Below, in pieces: positions 58,541 to 64,000 of a stretch of DNA of 64,000 nt. The DNA comes from Acidobacteriota bacterium (lineage in GTDB: Bacteria; Acidobacteriota; CAIWXX01), in assembly GCA_040755995.1 (NCBI GenBank), contig JBFMAF010000036.1, positions 279,652 through 343,651 of the forward strand, written 5' to 3'. Made by a program: the position numbers and the translations under genes. The notes under the pieces were generated by a model. That model was not told the DNA's origin. It saw only the letters and a program-made list of their open reading frames with translations, and did no database searches. Position 1 is the first letter of the stretch. Each line of letters starts with the position of its first letter.

Positions 58541-60807
58541 ATGGCGCCGAAGCGCTGCCCGATGATTGTGATGCTGTCGCCGACCTTCCCGGATGACGGC
58601 GAGATCCGTTCGATCAGCGGCGCCTCGGGGGCGACAGGCTTGCGAGTGTACGAGTAGACCCCGCAGGAGGTGGCTGCGATCAAGGTGTTGCCGTCGCTGG
58701 GGTGGAAGAGAACGTCTGACATCCAGAATGGCCCGAGTCCGGTGGAATCGAACGCACTCCAGGTCTCCGCTTCGTCTGTCGAGATCATCACGGTGCCATA
58801 TCCGGCGGCGATCAGCGTACGCGTGTTCGTCGGGTCGATTGCGAGAGCCCAGGCATACAGATTCGTCAATCCGGTGTTGACGGCCTTTCAGCTAGTAGCA
58901 CCAGCGTTGGTGCTCTTGAACACGCCGCCACCCGAGCCCGCGTAGACGGTTGCCGGATTCGTCGGGTCGATCGCAAGAGCGTAGACATACAGACTCGTCA
59001 GTCCTGTGTTGACCGCCTTCCAGCTAGCGCCACGGTTGGTGCTCTTGAATACGCCGCTACCGCCAGTGCCCGCGTAGACGGTTGCCGGATTCATCGGGTC
59101 GATCGCAAGAGTGCAGACGTACAGATTCGTCAATCCTGTGTTGACGGCCTTCCAGCTAGCACCACGGTTGGTGCTCTTGAATACGCCACCAGCGTAAGTG
59201 CCCGCGTAGACGGTTGCCGGATTCGTCGGGTCGATCGCAAGAGTCCAGACATAGTCAGTGGTCAATCCCGTGTTGACGGCCTTCCAGCTAGCACCAGCGT
59301 CGGTGCTCTTGAATACGCCAGTACTCCAAAGGCCCGCGTAGATGGTTGGCGGATTCATCGGGTCGATCGCAAGAGCGTAGACACGCGGACTCGTCAATCC
59401 TGTGTTGACGGCCTTCCAGCTAGCACCACGGTTGGTGCTCTTGAATACGCCACCGTTCAAAGTGCCCGCGTAGACGGTTGCCGGATTCGTCGGGTCGATC
59501 GCAAGAGCGAAGACATACAGATTCGTCAATCCTGTGTTGACGGCCTTCCAGCTAGCACCACCGTTGGTGCTCTTGAATACGCCACCGTTCCAAGGGCCCG
59601 CGTAGACGGTTGCCGGATTCGTCGGGTCGATCGCAAGAGCCCAGACATCCAGATTCGTCAATCCTGTGTTGACGGCCTTCCAGCTAGCACCACCGTTGGT
59701 GCTCTTGAATACGCCGCCACCGCCAGTGCCCGCGTAGACGGTTGCCGGATTCGGCGGGTCGATCGCAAGAGCACGGACAAGCAGACCCGTCAACCCAGTG
59801 CTGACGGCCTCCCAGCCAGCACCACGGTCGGTGCTCTTGAATACGCCGCCACCCCAAGTGCCCGCGTAGACGGTTGCCGGATTCGTCGGGTCGATCGCAA
59901 GAGCCAAGACCCACAGATTCGTCAATCCTGTGTTGAGGGCCTTCCAGCTAGCACCACGGTTGGTGCTCTTGAATACGCCACCCCAGGTGCCCGCGTAGAC
60001 GGTTGCCGGATTCGCCGGGTCGATCGCAAGAGCGTAGACACGCCGCCTCGTCAATCCTGTGTTGACGGCCTTCCAGCTAGCACCAGCGTTGGTGCTCTTG
60101 AATACGCCGCCATGGTAAGTGCCCGCGTAGACGGTTGCCGGATTCGTCGGGTCGATCGCAAGAGCCAAGACATACAGATCCGTCAATCCTGTGTTGACGG
60201 CCTTCCAGCTAGCACCAGCGTTGGTGCTCTTGAATACGCCGCCGCCGTCAGTGCCCGCGTAGACGGTTGCCGGATTCGTCGGGTCGGTCGCAAGAGCGTA
60301 GACATACAGATTCGTCGATCCGGTGTTGACGGCCTTCCAGCTAGCGCCGCCGTTGGTGCTCTTGAATACGCCACCAGCGTAAGTGCCCGCGTAGACGGTT
60401 GCCGGATTCGCCGGGTCGATCGCGAGTGCGTAGACATACAGATTCGTCGATCCGGTGTTGACGGCCTTCCAGCTAGCGCCGCCGTTGGTGCTCTTGAATA
60501 CGCCACCAGCGTAAGTGCCCGCGTAGACGGTTGCCGGATTCGTCGGGTCGATCGCAAGAGCCAAGACATACAGATTCGTCAATCCTGTGTTGACGGCCTT
60601 CCAGCTAGCACCAGCGTTGGTGCTCTTGAATACGCCGCCATGGTAGGTGCCCGCGTAGACGGTTGCCGGATTCGTCGGGTCGACCGCAAGAGCCCGGATG
60701 TCGCCCCCATAAGGTCCATGCGTTGTCCAGACGTTGTTCCCTCCCGAAGCCACGGTGGCGGTCAGCGCGAGCACACTCAGTGCGGAACACCAAGGGAACG
60801 TTTTCAT
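58498..60807 (-). pseudogene. Secreted BNR beta-propeller protein with truncated IPT/TIG domain; in-frame TGA
   Basis: Signal peptide, 14 near-identical plus 2 diverged blades, TGA at a Trp position (58888-58890), then ISPSSGKVGDSITIIGQRFG. Confidence 0.85.
58862..60700 (-). repeat. Tandem array of 14 coding repeats of about 132 bp
   Basis: Unit ALAIDPTNPATVYAG...GVFKSTN.GASWKAVNTGLT, conserved at synonymous sites. Confidence 0.97.
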
Positions 60808-61001
60808 TTCAACCTCCAGAATGCCATCGAGAGGGCATCATTCACCGCCCAGATGCGCCTCGGCATGACCGCTCCCCGCGGTCGTTGGGACTGGGTCAAC
60901 CAGTGCCATCCACGGGAATAGAGAACTGGTAGAAAGGTTGCTACCACTGTCGCGCGAAGCCGAATCATACTCAGAACCTAGCTCGCTTCGCTCGCAATTG
61001 C

Positions 61002-61136
61002 AATGGTGGAATGCTGGAATGATGGAGGACTGGGTTCCGGACGGGAGCGCAGGTGGTACAGACGGTGTTCTCGCCCCAGCCTCGATGCCACCCGCAGAGA
61101 TCACACGGGCACCCATCATTCCAACATTCCATTATT
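61002..61136. repeat. REP-like inverted repeat of TGGAATG-type octamers
   Basis: 61002-61025 versus 61113-61136, 21/24 complementary. Confidence 0.7.
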
Positions 61137-61451
61137 CCTGCTCAATCGCCGACGGACTCGCAGGGAGCCAGTGGTTTTCAATTTGGTTGTAGAGTTTCCT
61201 AGACGTTTACAATGGATCGGTGGCAGCAAGTCAAGCAGATCCGGCGGTTTCGACTCTCCCCAGAACGTCAATCAGTGGTAAAGTCGCCCGGGTGAGATCC
61301 ACGAAGCATCGAAAAAAGCCCATAAAATCGGCTGCCCGGGCCGGCGCGAAGGCCTCGACTTCACCCCTTTTCCGATGAGCTCGTCCCGAGGAGATCCGCG
61401 GCGATCGCCGGGAAACGTCGGCAGGGCGCGACTGCGACCGAGTCGATCGTG

Positions 61452-62339
61452 TCAACGGCGTAGCCCAGTACCGCGCGTGGAGCGCGAGGCCTGGCGTCGG
61501 CGCCGACACTGTCCAGGCGGTTCCGTCGGCCGGAGCGGCCTGGGCGCTCTCGCGTTCAATAGCTCCTCTTCGATCCTGCCCAACTCCATACAGACGTGCC
61601 GCATGTGAGCGCCCCGCAACGGTCCTGCCAGCTCGTTGAGAGCGCGAACGAACGGCCGAACAAGCTTGAGCATCTCCTTGTCAAGTGTCGATATGCTGAG
61701 ACCCTCTAGCAAATCTACGCTGCTCATTAGGACTTCGTAGAGGGGGAGTGGCTCACTCTGCATGTCGCGCTCACTAGTCATCGCGCGCGTCAGGGCAAGG
61801 ACTTCTTCTAGGATGTCGCGCTCACTGCGCGGCGCGCTGTCGGCATTGGGCTGGTGCTTTTCCAGCTGCGCGTTCACTTGCTTGTGTAGGTCGGGCCACC
61901 ACTTGCAGAAAACAGATTCCAAGACGTGTGGGACAAGGGCGGCTTCTCCCAGTTCGCTGTTCATCATCTTGACGAGGCGCTTCATATCGACTCTGTCGAA
62001 CCGCGCTGCCTGAAACTGGACGAGCGGGCCCTTGACATCGCTAGGTTCCAGACCGCCCAGAAGAATCGGACAGACTTTGGACCGATCGAGGTTCTTCCCG
62101 AGGGCGCCAGCCTCGAAGACTAGCCAGGGAGCATTCTGGTTTTCGGGAGTCAAGACGAGAAGGCCGATTCGTGACGCATCAAGTTCCCTGGAAATCTCAG
62201 AGTTCCACCGAGCGCCTTTCACAATGTCGTCCGGGGTGAAGTAAGGCCGGACGGCTTGCAGGACACTGGGAAGCCACTGACGCAGAATCTCTGCAACGGC
62301 ACGGCTGCGTTCGCCAGACCAACTGATGAAGACCTTCAT
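61452..62339 (-). CDS. TIR-domain protein
   Basis: MKVFISWSG, DIVKGARW, PWLVFEAGA (catalytic Glu position); AGGAG RBS. Confidence 0.88.
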   Translation of the reverse strand: MKVFISWSGERSRAVAEILRQWLPSVLQAVRPYFTPDDIVKGARWNSEISRELDASRIGLLVLTPENQNAPWLVFEAGALGKNLDRSKVCPILLGGLEPSDVKGPLVQFQAARFDRVDMKRLVKMMNSELGEAALVPHVLESVFCKWWPDLHKQVNAQLEKHQPNADSAPRSERDILEEVLALTRAMTSERDMQSEPLPLYEVLMSSVDLLEGLSISTLDKEMLKLVRPFVRALNELAGPLRGAHMRHVCMELGRIEEELLNARAPRPLRPTEPPGQCRRRRQASRSTRGTGLRR

Positions 62340-62399
62340 TTCGTGCTCCTCCCGATCATGGTAATGCTGCTACGTCAGCTCACTCATCCGTCGCCTCGG

Positions 62400-63383
62400 T
62401 TAGATCCCGATTCGTTCGATCTCATCGAGCGTGATTTGATCCGTGGTCCGATCGTAGAGCTTCGTCGTACGTGGCGATTCGTGGGCCGCTATCTGCTGAG
62501 CGTGCTCAAGGGTCCCTCCGCCCTGCAGATAGGCCGTGATTCCCGTTGCGCGAAAGGTATGGCAGCAACACTCCGTGTCGATGCCGGCCGCGCGGACGCG
62601 CCGGCGGATCATCCGCCATGCATCGCTCTGACGCATGGGGGTGTGGGTAAGGGGACGTCCTGGCCCCTTGGCGACGGTTCGAAACAGAGGCCCTTTCTTG
62701 TCGTCCCGGATTCCGGCCGCTTCAATATACGCGTCGACGGCGGCCTCGGCTTTGTGATGGGCGGGGACATCGTGGCGCTTGCCGCCCTTTTCGTGCAGGC
62801 GGAACCACCACCGCTTGCCCTGCGGATAGTAATCCTCGACCTTCATTGTGAGAGCGGCGCCGATTCGGGCGAAGCTATAGACCAGGAGGCTGATGAGCGC
62901 CTTGTCGCGAGGTGCGACAACGGACCCGGTGTCGATACTATCGAGGAGGTTGCGGGCCTCCTCGACCGTGAGAACGGGCGTCCTGCCGCGCTTGACCACA
63001 TGCCTCGGCCCGCGCACGGAGCTCGCCGGGTTCCCAGTGACGACGTTCCCGACGACGAGCCAGTCGAAGAGCATGCGAACGGCGGCGAGGCGCTGCTTCA
63101 CGGTCGGCTTGGAGTGGGTGGTCTGCAGATCCTCGAGCCAGGCCGCAACGATCGACGGCCCGATCCCGCTGAGATTCGAGATGCCGCGCTCTCCGCACCA
63201 AGCGAAGAAGTCCGAGACGGCCCGCGCGTACGCGCGTCGCGTGTTCCGATTCCTGATGTTGGCGGTGAAGAACTCGATGAAGCGCAGCTGCGTCCTCTCG
63301 CCGGCGCCGGCGATCGCCGCCGGCAGGCCAGCGAATCCGGCCCTTGCGAGCGCCATGGGGACAGGCACGTCGGTGCTCATCAC
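62400..63383 (-). CDS. Tyrosine recombinase (resolvase/integrase), intact
   Basis: FARIG (R), EKGGK, HTFRATG, AHES, LYDR. Confidence 0.93.
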   Translation of the reverse strand: MMSTDVPVPMALARAGFAGLPAAIAGAGERTQLRFIEFFTANIRNRNTRRAYARAVSDFFAWCGERGISNLSGIGPSIVAAWLEDLQTTHSKPTVKQRLAAVRMLFDWLVVGNVVTGNPASSVRGPRHVVKRGRTPVLTVEEARNLLDSIDTGSVVAPRDKALISLLVYSFARIGAALTMKVEDYYPQGKRWWFRLHEKGGKRHDVPAHHKAEAAVDAYIEAAGIRDDKKGPLFRTVAKGPGRPLTHTPMRQSDAWRMIRRRVRAAGIDTECCCHTFRATGITAYLQGGGTLEHAQQIAAHESPRTTKLYDRTTDQITLDEIERIGI

Positions 63384-63415
63384 TACGAATGATAAAGGAG
63401 GTTATCATGCGTAGT
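63382..63415. mobile_element. Candidate recombination core site: 14-bp inverted repeat with 6-bp spacer
   Basis: ACTACGAATGATAA-AGGAGG-TTATCATGCGTAGT (13/14), overlapping the recombinase start. Confidence 0.75.
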
Positions 63416-63631
63416 TAAAGCATCTCTCAGCGCAGCCGATCCGGCTCCGGAGCGCCGTGCCCGCGCCCTCTGCGGCGATCGGCGCGGAGCTGACAATGGG
63501 GGGATGCTTAGACCCTTACCTCGGTCGCGATCGTTGAACCTGGGGCATCGTGGCGCGTCGTTGTGCATCGTCGGACGGTCAGCACCGCCAAAGCCCGGTC
63601 TGCAGCTACTTCGGTTTGGCCAGGGGCGCGA

Positions 63632-63964
63632 TTACTCGAGAATTGGTGCGACCTTCGCGAGCACTTCATCCACGATCGCATCGGGCGCGCTTTCCAGCCT
63701 TTTGCCGCCACGCGCCCCAAGGTCAAGCGCGCGCGGCTGGTCGCAACGAACGAGGCCAGTGGTCTGAGTTCCAGCTCCGGTTAGCGGCACGGCGAAGCCA
63801 GCCGTTCGAGCGAAGCTCCCGGCGCTCGTGATCGGCAGGACTACGGGGACCTTGGTCAGCCGGTTGATGGCTCCCGGCGAAACGACAAACACAGGGCGGC
63901 GGCCTTTTTGCTCGTGTCCCGATGTTGGGTCGAGGCTGACCAGCCAGATCTCTCCGCGCTTCAT
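63632..63964 (-). CDS. pemK: PemK/ChpB family toxin
   Basis: MKRGEIWLVSLDPTSGHEQKGRRP, RCDQPRALD. Confidence 0.93.
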   Translation of the reverse strand: MKRGEIWLVSLDPTSGHEQKGRRPVFVVSPGAINRLTKVPVVLPITSAGSFARTAGFAVPLTGAGTQTTGLVRCDQPRALDLGARGGKRLESAPDAIVDEVLAKVAPILE

Positions 63965-64000
63965 CAGATGAGCTCGTCGCCCGCCGGCCCGTTATCGAGC
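63964..64000 (-). CDS. PemI-type antitoxin, 3' end only
   Basis: LDNGPAGDELI* with TGATG overlap onto the toxin start. Confidence 0.75.
   Translation of the reverse strand, partial: LDNGPAGDELI

Noticed and set aside
46868..58890. Three in-frame stops (TAA, TAA, TGA) as evidence of stop-codon recoding
   Set aside because: TAA and TGA end many intact genes here. Each affected gene has other damage (Arg to Leu, 5' truncation, 3' deletion), and each stop is one substitution from a sense codon.
58862..60700. Repeat array as a CRISPR or a DGR template/variable pair
   Set aside because: Units are in-frame 132-bp coding repeats without unique spacers; no cas or reverse transcriptase gene is in the window.

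Overview
GC-rich bacterial window. The gene content (ECF sigma/Ser-Thr kinase pair, MacB-type permease, BNR propellers) suggests an anaerobic Acidobacteriota-like organism, which is an inference. The backbone is a minus-strand catabolic cluster: IorA fused to a GltD-like NAD(P)H module, IorB, hydantoinase A/B, acyl-CoA dehydrogenase, a single-chain B12 mutase, a family III CoA-transferase and a three-subunit xanthine-dehydrogenase-family Mo enzyme. This gene set matches the anaerobic indole-3-acetate (iaa) pathway, extended upstream to indolepyruvate/tryptophan. The cluster is split by about 15 kb of accessory DNA punctuated by three diverged partial copies of the hydantoinase B gene. That DNA holds an inactivated integron (IntI with an extra N-terminal domain, two cassettes), two TA modules, an AAA ATPase, a Ca2+/Na+ antiporter, an MBL hydrolase and a run of four secreted proteins. 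The left part encodes an HD-domain protein, M48 and two M4 peptidases, a phosphoesterase with an inserted 7-blade propeller, an ECF-STK pair and an OYE/Rid operon. The right end has a dead tyrosine recombinase, a propeller gene of near-identical 132-bp repeats with hypervariable positions, and a TIR / tyrosine recombinase / pemIK module. No rRNA, tRNA or CRISPR array was seen.
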